Positions 1-9,526 of a stretch of 53,479 nt of DNA are shown here, one piece after another. Origin of the DNA: Candidatus Doudnabacteria bacterium (lineage in GTDB: Bacteria; Patescibacteriota; Doudnabacteria; UBA920). Where the stretch lies: NCBI GenBank assembly GCA_023245895.1, contig JAHFJJ010000005.1, positions 1-53,479 of the forward strand, given 5' to 3'. The notes under the pieces were generated by a model that saw nothing but the letters and a program-made list of their open reading frames with translations, was not told where the DNA came from and ran no database searches. The stretch's first letter is position 1, and every line of letters starts with the position of its first letter. The position numbers and the translations under genes were made by a program.

Positions 1-386
1 GCCTTCTTGATTTCCGGAGCTTTGCCCCGGAGAGACGCGGCGCGGTTTTTCAGAGTGCCCAAGGCGAGGCTAACGGCGTCCTTTGCCCTCGTCATGAGGG
101 GTTGGAGCGTAGTCGCCACGAAAGTGGGAACTTCTTCGGGGTTTGTAGTGTTCGCCGGGATCTGCTCAACGCAGTCGGCGTTGACAGAATCAAAATCCGC
201 CGCAAGCGGCAGGTCAACCGTAATCCAATCCGCCGAGCGAACTGTGACTCGGGGTGCTGCAGCGGCTGGAGCGGCTTGAGGTGCAGGTGCTTGTTCGGGT
301 TCGTCCAAGACAACCACTCGGTTGTCGGAACGCTCGGATAAAAACGGAATACGAACAGATGTACCGAACAGTGTAACTTTTCTCAT
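1..386 (-). CDS. hypothetical protein, 5' part only (ORF continues past the left edge)
   Basis: The minus-strand frame is open from ATG (complement of 384-386) to base 1: 128 codons with no stop. AGGAGG (complement of 399-404) lies 12 nt upstream. It is absent from the ORF track only because it is edge-truncated. It begins MRKVTLFGTSVRIPFLSERSDNRVVVLDEPEQ. No domain recognised. Confidence 0.55.
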   Translation of the reverse strand, partial: MRKVTLFGTSVRIPFLSERSDNRVVVLDEPEQAPAPQAAPAAAAPRVTVRSADWITVDLPLAADFDSVNADCVEQIPANTTNPEEVPTFVATTLQPLMTRAKDAVSLALGTLKNRAASLRGKAPEIKK

Positions 387-766
387 TGTTGTGTTGGTCC
401 TCCTGGACCTTTTCAAAGAACGTTGTTGTTTTGGGAGTGGTGCCTGTGGCCTACACCTTAATCCCGACAAAGAGTTGAAAACTAAAAACTGAAACTTTGT
501 GTTGCCACAGCACTGCAATTAAGACTTAGGGCTTAATAACAGGGGGTGACAGCAATTAATATAGTAGTGTAGTATTTAATTTTTAACCTATAATTATAAC
601 AAACTAATAGGATTTTGTCAATAATAATATTGTATCTAACCCTTATTTAAGGGTAAAATTATATAATTCCTTTTATTTTAGAGCTATATTCAAATATCTT
701 TATAAAATAACTTTAGTACGGATAGTATACAAAAAAATAATATTTTAGACTAGTTTAGTAATTTTA

Positions 767-795
767 TTGACATATAACCTAAAATATGGTATATA
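767..795 (+). promoter_or_regulatory. sigma70-type promoter for CDS 824-1627
   Basis: TTGACA at 767-772, a 17-nt spacer, and TG-extended TATATA at 790-795. It lies inside a ~430-bp very AT-rich divergent intergenic region (387-823). Confidence 0.45.
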
Positions 796-823
796 TTAGG
801 GTTAGGTTATAAGGAGGATATCA

Positions 824-1627
824 GTGCAATATAAAAGCGTTAGGCAAAGACGGCTTGAAAGACAGCGAGAAGATAGCGGCCGGCAAGTTTTAGGCATGAT
901 TGCGTGCTTTTTGGCGTTTGGCGCCATCTTTGTGGTTTGGCGGTTTGTACCACCAATAATCCCTCGGGTAATTGAGGTAAGGCAACCGGGAACGCCCACA
1001 AAGCCAGCCCCAGGGCCATCCGCTCCCGGCCGCGCCGGTTTTGGCGACTCGTCAGTTCCGGAAGGTTGGGTTAGGCTTAACCCCAACTGCCATCTGGAAA
1101 GGAAAATAGTTGCCAAGCAAATCCAAGGCGTCTTGGATGCCGCCGACAGTTCTGTTCCTTTTTTGCCGCCCTACGCGTCAACTCGCGTGCGGGGCATGCT
1201 CGCGGACATTAATTCCGGCAAGGTGTGTGTAGGTTCTGAACAGAACGTTAACTACATAGTGCCAAACGGAATTATGGAAGTCAGTCCCCAACGCAACCCG
1301 CCGCTACTGACGCTGTATTTAAACAGCCTTAATCCGGCGCAACCAAGTTTTGCCATAGAAGTAGGTTTCTCAATGGCCCACGAACGAACCCACCAGGATT
1401 TGAAGGGCCAGTATCCCAATACGCTGGAGGGTTTCCTTCAGGACGAATTGGAAACCAGGCGCAGGGTTTGCGAATATGGGGTGGAAGTTTTTGACTTTTC
1501 GCATGGACAAGGCTTGTCCGGATACCTGGTTGGGGAATGCAAAGAAAGGCGGACAAACCACGCGGATTGGGAGGCCGGCGTCCGCAAACGATACACAAGG
1601 ACATATTATGCGCAGCAGGGAAAATAG
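824..1627 (+). CDS. membrane-anchored hypothetical protein with an HExxH motif (possible zinc metallopeptidase)
   Basis: GTG start 6 nt after AGGAGG (812-817). One N-terminal TM helix (MIACFLAFGAIFVVW), a Pro-rich linker, and HERTH at residues 186-190 (nt 1379-1393). A strong terminator follows. No family recognised. Confidence 0.75.
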   Translation: MQYKSVRQRRLERQREDSGRQVLGMIACFLAFGAIFVVWRFVPPIIPRVIEVRQPGTPTKPAPGPSAPGRAGFGDSSVPEGWVRLNPNCHLERKIVAKQIQGVLDAADSSVPFLPPYASTRVRGMLADINSGKVCVGSEQNVNYIVPNGIMEVSPQRNPPLLTLYLNSLNPAQPSFAIEVGFSMAHERTHQDLKGQYPNTLEGFLQDELETRRRVCEYGVEVFDFSHGQGLSGYLVGECKERRTNHADWEAGVRKRYTRTYYAQQGK

Positions 1628-1645
1628 CCTACGCGCTCTTACACA

Positions 1646-1691
1646 CTACCGCAATAACCCCCCTTGTTATTGCGGTAGTATTTTATTTTTT
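1646..1691 (+). terminator. intrinsic terminator
   Basis: 13-bp perfect stem CTACCGCAATAAC / GTTATTGCGGTAG with a 7-nt loop, followed by TATTTTATTTTTT. Confidence 0.85.
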
Positions 1692-1715
1692 GGATAGTTA
1701 AGTGGTGCGTGAGTC

Positions 1716-1769
1716 GTAGTTGCTCGATTAATCGATCCGCCTAGGCGGACTGATAAATCAGGCAACTAC
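1716..1769. repeat. compound hairpin repeat, family F2 (GTAGTTGC...GATAAATC...GCAACTAC)
   Basis: Outer stem GTAGTTGC/GCAACTAC encloses the mini-palindromes TCGATTAATCGA, TCCGCCTAGGCGGA and CTGATAAATCAG. 52 of 54 nt are identical to 10196-10249. Confidence 0.85.
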
Positions 1770-1797
1770 AGGATAGGCAGGTTTGCATTTAACTTTT

Positions 1798-1858
1798 TTG
1801 GCTTTTTAACTTTTTTATGCTATAATCTAGACAAGTTTTAGGGAAAAATTGTCTAGAT
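1798..1858 (+). promoter_or_regulatory. promoter plus 5'-UTR hairpin of the giant-gene operon
   Basis: TTGGCT at 1798-1803, 17 nt, then TGC-TATAAT at 1818-1826. A perfect 10-bp hairpin ATCTAGACAA/TTGTCTAGAT (1825-1858) follows. Confidence 0.5.
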
Positions 1859-1930
1859 TTGTTTAGGGTTAAGCAAGATTTTTTAATTCAAAGATTCAAA
1901 GAAAAGCAATATTAAGTCCCAAATATTTAT

Positions 1931-4921
1931 ATGGGAAAATCTAAGGGAAAAAACGACCGAGGCGAAGACCGGCAAAATAAAGAAGATACCAGAAGCTTCC
2001 AGGAAAAAATGGCCGAAACCAAGGACAAGCTAAAACTAGATGCCACGCCCGTTGTAAAGCAAGAAAAGGCAGACCAGCTGGAAATTCCAAAAAATAGCAG
2101 GCTGTATGTTAACTGCGCTTTTGATTATATTTATGCTAGCCATGTAGATAAAGAAATGTTTCCAACTTTGGAATCCTATTTACACAGCTACGCCGAGACT
2201 TTACGCAAACAGAGCCCGGATGATAAAGGGGTACTGGACTATTTACGGCCATTAGGTTTAGCTACCGAAGCCGACTGCTACGCGCCAATGTCCGCGGCGG
2301 AAATAAGCGCCGCTGTGGCGTTAAAAGCAAAGCAATTCCCCCACGTTTATCCGGCAGATAAAGTAGCGCTTTATTTAAAAGATATTTTGCCTGAAAGTTC
2401 AGAACCCCCGGCGCCGTCAAAACAAGAAAGAAAGCCTTATTTGACCAGGGATATTTTAGCAAAGAAATTGGCTTCCCAACCTGTTGCGGCAGAGGTGGCA
2501 GAGACTGGAGGATTAAGCGGACAAAAAGAGACTGCCAATACAGCGGAAATTTCGGAGGCAGGGGACAGGGAACAAGAGTTAGCCGGCGAGCCTGGTTTTA
2601 GCTATGAAGATGGGGTTTTACGCGTAGACTATAAAGTTAAGGTTAAAGGCAATCCCAGTAGCACGGAAATTGCGAGAAAGGCCTCTGTTCGTGTACCGAA
2701 ATTAGCCACGGCCGATTTACAAAATCAAAGGTCAGCTTTAAAAGAAACTTTAGTTGAACTTTTAAAGTTTAATAATTTTAGAATCCGGCCTCACATCCGC
2801 GTTGTGGCGGGCAAAAAAGCGTCAGGCCCGGGCGTAATAGATTTTTATTATGGCGACTTAAGTAAACAGTTTAATGTGGTTTATAGCATGGATGCCGGCA
2901 AGGCCATGACCAGCGGCAAATTTAGGGAGGGTTCCATTGAAAGTTATAGCGAGGCCAAAGCTTTTAGGGACAAAAATGCAAGTGTGGATTTTAGTACAGC
3001 CCCTAGAGACTTGAAAGATAAAATAGACGCAGCTGCAAAAGTGGTGAAGGGTTTTGAAAATCAACTTTTTAATACGCAAACAGAGTTTACCGCCAAAGGT
3101 GACCGCAGAAGCGTTGATTGGTATGTACGCGACACCATGTTTGAAAATTTATGGAAAAAGCGGATTGGCCCGGAAAAAGTAAAAGAACTGGAAGAATTGG
3201 CCGCGCCTAAAAAAACGGCGGCACAGGCAGAAGCCGTTCCTATTGCTCCTGCGGACGCCAAGCTCGAAGTTAAAGTTGAAAAGGCCGCGGAACCAGTTAA
3301 AGAGAAAACTCCCAAAAAGGCCGAAGAAAAAGACAAATGGAAAATGCCCCTGCCTTATGATGATGCGGATTTTAGGAAAGCCGCGGCAGAGTTTGTAAAA
3401 ACCCTCCACGATACTTACAGAGACGATTGGGTGGACGTTTTTGACGATACTGAGGCATTTGCCAGATTATCCCAAAAAAAGAATAAATTTGATAAGAATG
3501 AATATCATATAGGCATTGGCAAAGGGGTAAGGATTGCCGCTGAAGCTTTTTTTGGCGCCAACCCTTACGCGGATAGAACAGATTTTGACAGGTTAGTTGC
3601 TATGCCTAAGGGCGAAGTCAAACGCGAACTTGCCAAGATGCGTATTTATACAAACAATAATACCAAATCCGAAATGCTGCTTAGGCTATTGAGTAACCTG
3701 GCCGTAGACAACCTGCCAGAGCCTGACGAGGATGAAAAAGAAGAATATTTCCAACAAGAAATAGAGCAAGACCAAAACGAAGAACCTAAGGTAGAAAAGC
3801 CTATGGACAGTACAACATCAAAAAAACAAAGTAAAGAAGCTGACAAAAAAGACGACGACGCAGAAGACCATAAAGGGCCGGAAGTGGATGATGGCGAACA
3901 GGAACAAGAACGAGAAGATGATAATACCGAAGAAGACTCTTCCGAAGATGTAGACAAAGAAGACATATTCAATAACGCCTTCAACATTGTGGGTGAGATT
4001 TTGGTTGAGCACAAAGAGCTTACAGAAGAAAACGTCAGCGAAAGGACAGGTCTGGAAGGCCAAGATTTAGAACAATTTTTGCAGCGCGCCCTGCTTCATA
4101 TGGGCAGGCTGGAAGACTTTTTTTCCATCCTTAAAGAGTACAGGAAATTGCACGGCTCGGGTGACGATGCCGAAACCGACTTGGAATTAATGCTTAGGAT
4201 GGTTAAGACTTGGCGCGAATTATATATAAAACGCGAACAGGCCAGACAGAGAATTCTGGGCGGTGAAGACTTTAGGCCGGGCACAAGGAAAGTGGAAACT
4301 CCAAAATTTGAAGACATTAAGCTTAAGGGTTTGCCGGAATATTTAAAACCGGTAAAAGCTTTTAAAGAACCGCCATGCTGGCTGTTGGCAGACCAGGTTT
4401 CGCTGCAGCAATACGTGGCCATTGCCAACACGGGAGGCCATACTTTTAGGGTGCTTTTGCCGCCTCCGGAACAGGTGAGTATGGAAAACGCGGAACAGCG
4501 CAAGGCCTTTGTGGCCAGCTTTGCCGACTTTGTGGATGCCAATAAGCAGAACTTGGCGCCGGAAATAGTTTTGCCAGAGCATTTTTCCGGCAAGCCCACA
4601 GACAGGCTTGACCAGGTATTAAAGTTGGGCAGCTTTAGCGTAGGCCTTAGCCAGGAAGAATTTTTAAACAGGAATTTGGTGCGCCGCGACTACAGGAGTA
4701 GTCCGGAGTATAACCCTTACTATAAATTATTGTTACTGGAGCGGCTCCATCAGTTAAGGGCTATGGGCACAAAAATAAACGATGACGCGCAGGAAAAACA
4801 GCAGCTTGCGCTGACCCTTAAGGCTTTGCAATCGCTTTTAGACACGCCTATGCAACAAGGGCCATCTTTTTCGGACATAGCCGTCAGCCGCGCTTTTGAG
4901 GCTTTTAGGAAAAGTAGATAG
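1931..4921 (+). CDS. large orphan protein (996 aa), no TM, Lys/Glu/Asp-rich low-complexity segments
   Basis: A single long ORF with an ATG start and no SD. It has an acidic stretch (EDEKEEYFQQEIEQDQNEE...DDGEQEQEREDDNTEEDSSED). No domain recognised. Confidence 0.85.
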   Translation: MGKSKGKNDRGEDRQNKEDTRSFQEKMAETKDKLKLDATPVVKQEKADQLEIPKNSRLYVNCAFDYIYASHVDKEMFPTLESYLHSYAETLRKQSPDDKGVLDYLRPLGLATEADCYAPMSAAEISAAVALKAKQFPHVYPADKVALYLKDILPESSEPPAPSKQERKPYLTRDILAKKLASQPVAAEVAETGGLSGQKETANTAEISEAGDREQELAGEPGFSYEDGVLRVDYKVKVKGNPSSTEIARKASVRVPKLATADLQNQRSALKETLVELLKFNNFRIRPHIRVVAGKKASGPGVIDFYYGDLSKQFNVVYSMDAGKAMTSGKFREGSIESYSEAKAFRDKNASVDFSTAPRDLKDKIDAAAKVVKGFENQLFNTQTEFTAKGDRRSVDWYVRDTMFENLWKKRIGPEKVKELEELAAPKKTAAQAEAVPIAPADAKLEVKVEKAAEPVKEKTPKKAEEKDKWKMPLPYDDADFRKAAAEFVKTLHDTYRDDWVDVFDDTEAFARLSQKKNKFDKNEYHIGIGKGVRIAAEAFFGANPYADRTDFDRLVAMPKGEVKRELAKMRIYTNNNTKSEMLLRLLSNLAVDNLPEPDEDEKEEYFQQEIEQDQNEEPKVEKPMDSTTSKKQSKEADKKDDDAEDHKGPEVDDGEQEQEREDDNTEEDSSEDVDKEDIFNNAFNIVGEILVEHKELTEENVSERTGLEGQDLEQFLQRALLHMGRLEDFFSILKEYRKLHGSGDDAETDLELMLRMVKTWRELYIKREQARQRILGGEDFRPGTRKVETPKFEDIKLKGLPEYLKPVKAFKEPPCWLLADQVSLQQYVAIANTGGHTFRVLLPPPEQVSMENAEQRKAFVASFADFVDANKQNLAPEIVLPEHFSGKPTDRLDQVLKLGSFSVGLSQEEFLNRNLVRRDYRSSPEYNPYYKLLLLERLHQLRAMGTKINDDAQEKQQLALTLKALQSLLDTPMQQGPSFSDIAVSRAFEAFRKSR

Positions 4922-4984
4922 CAAAGATTTTAAAGATTCAATTGACAAAAAATAAAAATTAACCCATAATCTAAAGTTAAATTT

Positions 4985-5296
4985 ATGAATAGACTCGACA
5001 TCCCAATTCCGGTGGAAATAAGGACCTTTTTAACAGATTTGTTAAAAGAGGCGAAAATTGAAAATCCCGACCCGGCGTTAAAGGAAATGATGATAGACGA
5101 CTTGTACGAACGGCTACAGGTGCGTCTTATACAGGTTTTGGCCGAGCATATGGAAGCCAAGGATTTAGAAAAATACGAAGAATTAGCCGGAGTCGACCAG
5201 CTAAAAGCCATGGAATTTTTACAATCCAAAAACAATAAAATGCCCGAATATTTTTTGCAGGCAATGCAGGAATTCAGGCAGACGTTTTTAAGCTAA
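4985..5296 (+). CDS. small hypothetical protein (103 aa)
   Basis: Same-strand ORF lying between the two giant genes (63-nt and 21-nt gaps). Helical and acidic. No family recognised with confidence. Confidence 0.7.
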   Translation: MNRLDIPIPVEIRTFLTDLLKEAKIENPDPALKEMMIDDLYERLQVRLIQVLAEHMEAKDLEKYEELAGVDQLKAMEFLQSKNNKMPEYFLQAMQEFRQTFLS

Positions 5297-5317
5297 ATAT
5301 TTTTAATTTAAATTCAT

Positions 5318-8300
5318 ATGTTAGAAGGTCTGAAAAATTTTGGGAAAAAAGTTAGGGGAATGTTCGGGGAGGACAAAAGTCATACCCGCCAGGAGAGAGG
5401 CAACCCGAGCGGCGCTGAGCAAACGCGTGACAACAGGAATACCGAAATAATCCACATGACGCCGGGGTTTGATGAAGTCTCCGGCCTGCCGGTTTTGGTG
5501 GAACAGCCTAAGACGCAAACCGAAACTCGGCTTCAACGGATTAATCCGAATGACAAAGCTATAGCGCTTAAAGGCCACAATCTTCCTGCCAAACGGGACC
5601 CAAATGCCCTGCAAGAACATCGCCAGGTGCTTTACGCGCGCCCTATTAACGGCTCCCAGCGGCAAATTGAAGGGGGCGGGCGAAAATTAATCGGTCCGGG
5701 AGAACCAGGTGCTGATTTGCCGGCGGTTGAACAATTTAAAAAACAAGACCACAGGGTCGTGATTGCTGACATTACTTCGATTGTAGACCGCTACGCCCGG
5801 ACTTTGGCAGAAAAAAAAGTCAGTGAGCGCATAAATAATTCCGGCTTGCTTAAAAAGTCCTGGGTTCGCTTGTCCGAGGCCGGCTATGTGGAAAAATATT
5901 ACCAGGAAGCCAAAGCGGAAATTTTAAAAAACAGGAATTTGCTTTCCGACATCCAGACCCGCTTAATGCATAAGAGCGAAGGCAAGGCTTTGCGCGCGGA
6001 CGCGGATGATGTTCATAATGAAATTTTAGACAAAGTCATTAGTACTTTTGTAGACGCTGACTTATTGGACAAGAAAACTCGAGGCCAGGAAGTTAAGGCC
6101 GAGCATGTGGACTTGGGAGCCGCCCAAAACGCCCGTTTGGACAGCGAGGCCGCCAGGTTAATTACAGACTACGCATTAGGCAACATTACCGACCAAAAAA
6201 CTTTTGACACGCAAGTGGAGCAAAGGCTGGTGCCAATCTTAGAAGGGGCCGGAGCCAAGCAAGGCAAAGATAGAATGTATACTTCCAGTCTTTTTGAAAT
6301 GGCCAAAGGCTATAAGCACCAAATGCAGGAAAAATTAAACTGTGTTGGCAAAGAATTTGGCCCGGAGCAAAAAGCTTATGTGGAAAGGTTTATTAAAGGC
6401 ACTTTACATTTGGACGTAAAATTGGGAGAAAAGGCTGCGGATTTGTACCAAGCACGTCCGGAAGGCGTTATGAAGTGGTATGAAAAGAGCGTGGACTGGC
6501 TACAGAAAGGGGCAATACTTAGCCCTGACAACGCGATAGGAGCTTTAATGTCCAGGATTACAGGAGGCAAGGATAACCAGGCCGCTGTTGGGCGTGTGGC
6601 AGGCAAGTTTTTTGCTAACCCAGTATTATATGCCGCCATAGGTAATGTGGCGGGTCGTGGCGCAGCCAAGGCTTTGGGAGGAGCGGCCGCAGTTGGGCTC
6701 GGGGTACTGGGAGGAGTTGCGTTAATGCCCGCGACTTTGGCTATTATAGGGTCCGGCATAGGCGCGGGGTTATACTTGGGGGCCAGAGCGGCCAGGGAAA
6801 AACGCAGGGATATTGCCAGAAGAGAACAGGAAGTTGTAATGGGATTGCGTAATAAAGAAACCCGCGATGTAGAAATGCACGACGTTGTACAGGCGGAAAA
6901 ACTTATTGAAGAATTAAAAAAATTACAGGTCGCGGACAAGCTTTTATCCAATGAAGAGAAAAAAATGGTGGGACAAATTCAGGCTCGTTTAGACCTGCAA
7001 GCCCAGCATGGAGTTGACTTAATAGGCGTTTCCAAAGAAACAAGCGAGCGTTACGGCGGAAAACTTCCTGCCGAGGTGGATTTGCGCCAGACCTTAAAAG
7101 ATTTTTGGCGTTCCAAAGGCAGTCAGTATGGCAATACTCCGGCAGAACAACTGGCCGCTTACAACCGTTTCCTAGGAGATGCTGAAAGGGAGCTTATTCC
7201 CCAAATAGAAAAGGTAGACAAAGAAAAAGCTGAAACTATCCGCAAATACAGGAACAGCGTTGCTCTTAAGGGCGCGTGTATTTCCATGGCGGCGGCGGCT
7301 TTGGGTCCGTTAGCGTATAAGGGCTTAAAACTCGGGTCTAATTTTGCTTTAGGCACGCATTTTGATGTATCTAAAGTAAGCTATCCGGAACAAGCTTTTA
7401 ACTGGTATAAAGAAAAATTTCTGGGCTTTCCTCATGAGGGGGCTTACGCCGGAATACTAAATAAGTTACCCATACCCGGCAGTAACGTAGCCTTAAATTT
7501 AGCTCCCGGATACGGCTGGGCCAACCATATAGTGGATGCGCACGGCAACCATGTGGTGGATTTGGTAGACCCCCACGGGCATCTTATCCCGGGCGGCAAC
7601 CACATTACTTTTGACTCGGCCGGCAATCTTACCAACCCCCATGGTTTAGATGCTTTAAAAGCCGCGGGCTACCAAATTACAGAAACCCACGGTTCGCTTG
7701 GGCATGGCGGTACAGGGGCTTATTCAGAAGCGGAACTTAGGGCTGACGGGTTTGATCATAATCCTAGAGCTGACTGGCATCATATTAAAGATTTCGACAG
7801 CCCAAGTAAAATTATATTCAATGGAAAAGAACTTCAGGCTTACAAGCATGTGCTGGCTAATGGCAACGAAAATTGGGATGTAAAAAAAATGTTAAATAAT
7901 TTGAGCGATAACGCCGAAATGGAGCACATAAGGGGCAGTGACTTTGGTATTGATACGGAAGGCAATGTAGACACCCAGTTGCAGGAATTAAGGGACCAAA
8001 TGGCCCGTTGGTTTTCAGATGCTCACGATGGTATTATTGCCAAAGGCGGGACAGAAGCGGACGCGCTTTTAGCCGGCAAAGCGGAAATTGCCAAGCACAT
8101 GGTTTTGCGAGTGGTTGATTCTTCGGGTTTAAGCAAGGTTGTTGGGAATTTTGATTCAAACGGCCATTTGGATTTACTGGAAAAGTATGCAAACGCCCCT
8201 TTTAAAGAAGTAGCTTTGGTTGACGACTCCGGCGCGCATCATATTTTAGCCACGGAAGTGACCGGTAAGGAACTGCTTAAAACTATTCCAACCGGCGGCA

Positions 8301-9487
8301 AGCTTGGTATGGTAGATATGCGTCCGCCGTTGGAGAACGGCGCGCCGTTTATTCTTGCCGGTGCCAGGCGTGAAACCGACGCAATGGCAGATAAAGCCAA
8401 AAAAGACGAAGAAGAAAAGAAGAAAGCAAAAGATGAGAAGGATAAAAAGAAGCACGGCGGGAAAGACCACGGCGGGCATGATCATAGCCATGGCGGGGAC
8501 CATGGACACGACCATGGCGATGAAAAAGAACGCATGGCGCATGCCTTTGAGGAAATTCAGGGCAAGTTGGATAAAAACGAAATTACCCAGGACGAAATTG
8601 TGGCTACGGCCAAAAAGTACAACCTTAACCCCATATATTTATTTACTAAGGCTTTGGAGTACAAGTCTGTTGACCACAAAAAACACGAAGCGGACATTAA
8701 GGCGGCTTCCAAAAAACACGGGGTCAAATTTACAGAAAACCAAGTGTCCGGTTCTATGCTAAGGGCGGCCCAGGGTGAAATTGTAAAACCTAATTCAGAC
8801 GATGAAATAATAGACGAGAATGTCCAACAGTTAATTAGGATGGAACAGGAAGAGTTGGGCCAAATGGCTGATGAAAAAATTAAGGCCGAAGCTTTGACTA
8901 ATAAAAAGGCCAAGAAGGGCGGGGTGAAAAAGAAGCCCGGGACAAAAGACGGCAATAAACCGGCAGGAGAAAAACCCGTGACGGATAAAAGTAAAGCAAA
9001 GGCCGGAGGCGAGGGTAAGAGAAACATACGGGAGAACGAAGCTTCTAAAAAATCGGAAAAGCAGGCTTTTATGAATATAAAGGACAGGGTGGAAGAGTTC
9101 AGCCGCCATAAAGTCCATTTTACCTATTCCGCCAATGAAAGTTTTGACCGCGAAAAGGTTACAACAGCCGTCGCTTTTGCTAAGGCGTTAGAAGAGTTGC
9201 CGAATTCCGTCCGCCAAAACGCTTTAAATAAAGTGAACAGAAGCAGAAGCGGTAAGCTGGAAAAAGGGTTGATTTTGTCTTTTGACGGTGTTGGCGGCCA
9301 GCCCCGGTTTGGCAAAGAAGATAAAATAGTCATTCCGCTTGGCACTAGCAAGGAAGATATTAAAAGATTTTTGGTAGATAAATTTGAAAGGGACAAAAAC
9401 GCCGGGCCTATTAGGAAAAAAGGCAATAGTAAACAACAAAACAACCGGCCTGAAAGAAGGAATAGTTCCCAAGCTAAAGTCGCATAG
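5318..9487 (+). CDS. giant orphan membrane protein (1389 aa)
   Basis: A single long ORF. Gly/Ala-rich TM hairpin around residues 410-490 (AAIGNVAGRGAAKALGGAAAVGLGVLGGVALMPATLAIIGSGIGAGLYLG). His-rich cluster HGGKDHGGHDHSHGGDHGHDHGD (nt 8453-8521). Lys-rich C-terminal third. A strong terminator follows. Confidence 0.85.
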   Translation: MLEGLKNFGKKVRGMFGEDKSHTRQERGNPSGAEQTRDNRNTEIIHMTPGFDEVSGLPVLVEQPKTQTETRLQRINPNDKAIALKGHNLPAKRDPNALQEHRQVLYARPINGSQRQIEGGGRKLIGPGEPGADLPAVEQFKKQDHRVVIADITSIVDRYARTLAEKKVSERINNSGLLKKSWVRLSEAGYVEKYYQEAKAEILKNRNLLSDIQTRLMHKSEGKALRADADDVHNEILDKVISTFVDADLLDKKTRGQEVKAEHVDLGAAQNARLDSEAARLITDYALGNITDQKTFDTQVEQRLVPILEGAGAKQGKDRMYTSSLFEMAKGYKHQMQEKLNCVGKEFGPEQKAYVERFIKGTLHLDVKLGEKAADLYQARPEGVMKWYEKSVDWLQKGAILSPDNAIGALMSRITGGKDNQAAVGRVAGKFFANPVLYAAIGNVAGRGAAKALGGAAAVGLGVLGGVALMPATLAIIGSGIGAGLYLGARAAREKRRDIARREQEVVMGLRNKETRDVEMHDVVQAEKLIEELKKLQVADKLLSNEEKKMVGQIQARLDLQAQHGVDLIGVSKETSERYGGKLPAEVDLRQTLKDFWRSKGSQYGNTPAEQLAAYNRFLGDAERELIPQIEKVDKEKAETIRKYRNSVALKGACISMAAAALGPLAYKGLKLGSNFALGTHFDVSKVSYPEQAFNWYKEKFLGFPHEGAYAGILNKLPIPGSNVALNLAPGYGWANHIVDAHGNHVVDLVDPHGHLIPGGNHITFDSAGNLTNPHGLDALKAAGYQITETHGSLGHGGTGAYSEAELRADGFDHNPRADWHHIKDFDSPSKIIFNGKELQAYKHVLANGNENWDVKKMLNNLSDNAEMEHIRGSDFGIDTEGNVDTQLQELRDQMARWFSDAHDGIIAKGGTEADALLAGKAEIAKHMVLRVVDSSGLSKVVGNFDSNGHLDLLEKYANAPFKEVALVDDSGAHHILATEVTGKELLKTIPTGGKLGMVDMRPPLENGAPFILAGARRETDAMADKAKKDEEEKKKAKDEKDKKKHGGKDHGGHDHSHGGDHGHDHGDEKERMAHAFEEIQGKLDKNEITQDEIVATAKKYNLNPIYLFTKALEYKSVDHKKHEADIKAASKKHGVKFTENQVSGSMLRAAQGEIVKPNSDDEIIDENVQQLIRMEQEELGQMADEKIKAEALTNKKAKKGGVKKKPGTKDGNKPAGEKPVTDKSKAKAGGEGKRNIRENEASKKSEKQAFMNIKDRVEEFSRHKVHFTYSANESFDREKVTTAVAFAKALEELPNSVRQNALNKVNRSRSGKLEKGLILSFDGVGGQPRFGKEDKIVIPLGTSKEDIKRFLVDKFERDKNAGPIRKKGNSKQQNNRPERRNSSQAKVA

Positions 9488-9492
9488 AAAAA

Positions 9493-9521
9493 AGCCCCTC
9501 CTTTCACAGGAGGGGCTTTTG
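9493..9521 (+). terminator. intrinsic terminator of the giant-gene operon
   Basis: Stem AGCCCCTCC / GGAGGGGCT with a 7-nt loop, followed by TTTT. Confidence 0.8.
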
Positions 9522-9526
9522 TAATT

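Noticed and set aside
7-341. Plus-strand ORFs 7-279 and 102-341, and minus-strand ORF 92-313, at the left edge.
   Set aside because: They overlap a longer minus-strand frame that is open all the way to the window edge. That frame has an ATG with an upstream AGGAGG and a divergent AT-rich promoter region. GC-rich DNA gives spurious ORFs in several frames.
6376-6951. Long antisense shadow ORFs inside conserved or long genes (also 10869-11498 in ftsZ, 15401-15967 and 16119-16766 in nrdJ, 31501-32403 in groEL, 51337-51807 in LOG).
   Set aside because: They are fully contained in, and antisense to, genes with clear homology or much longer ORFs. They lack start signals.
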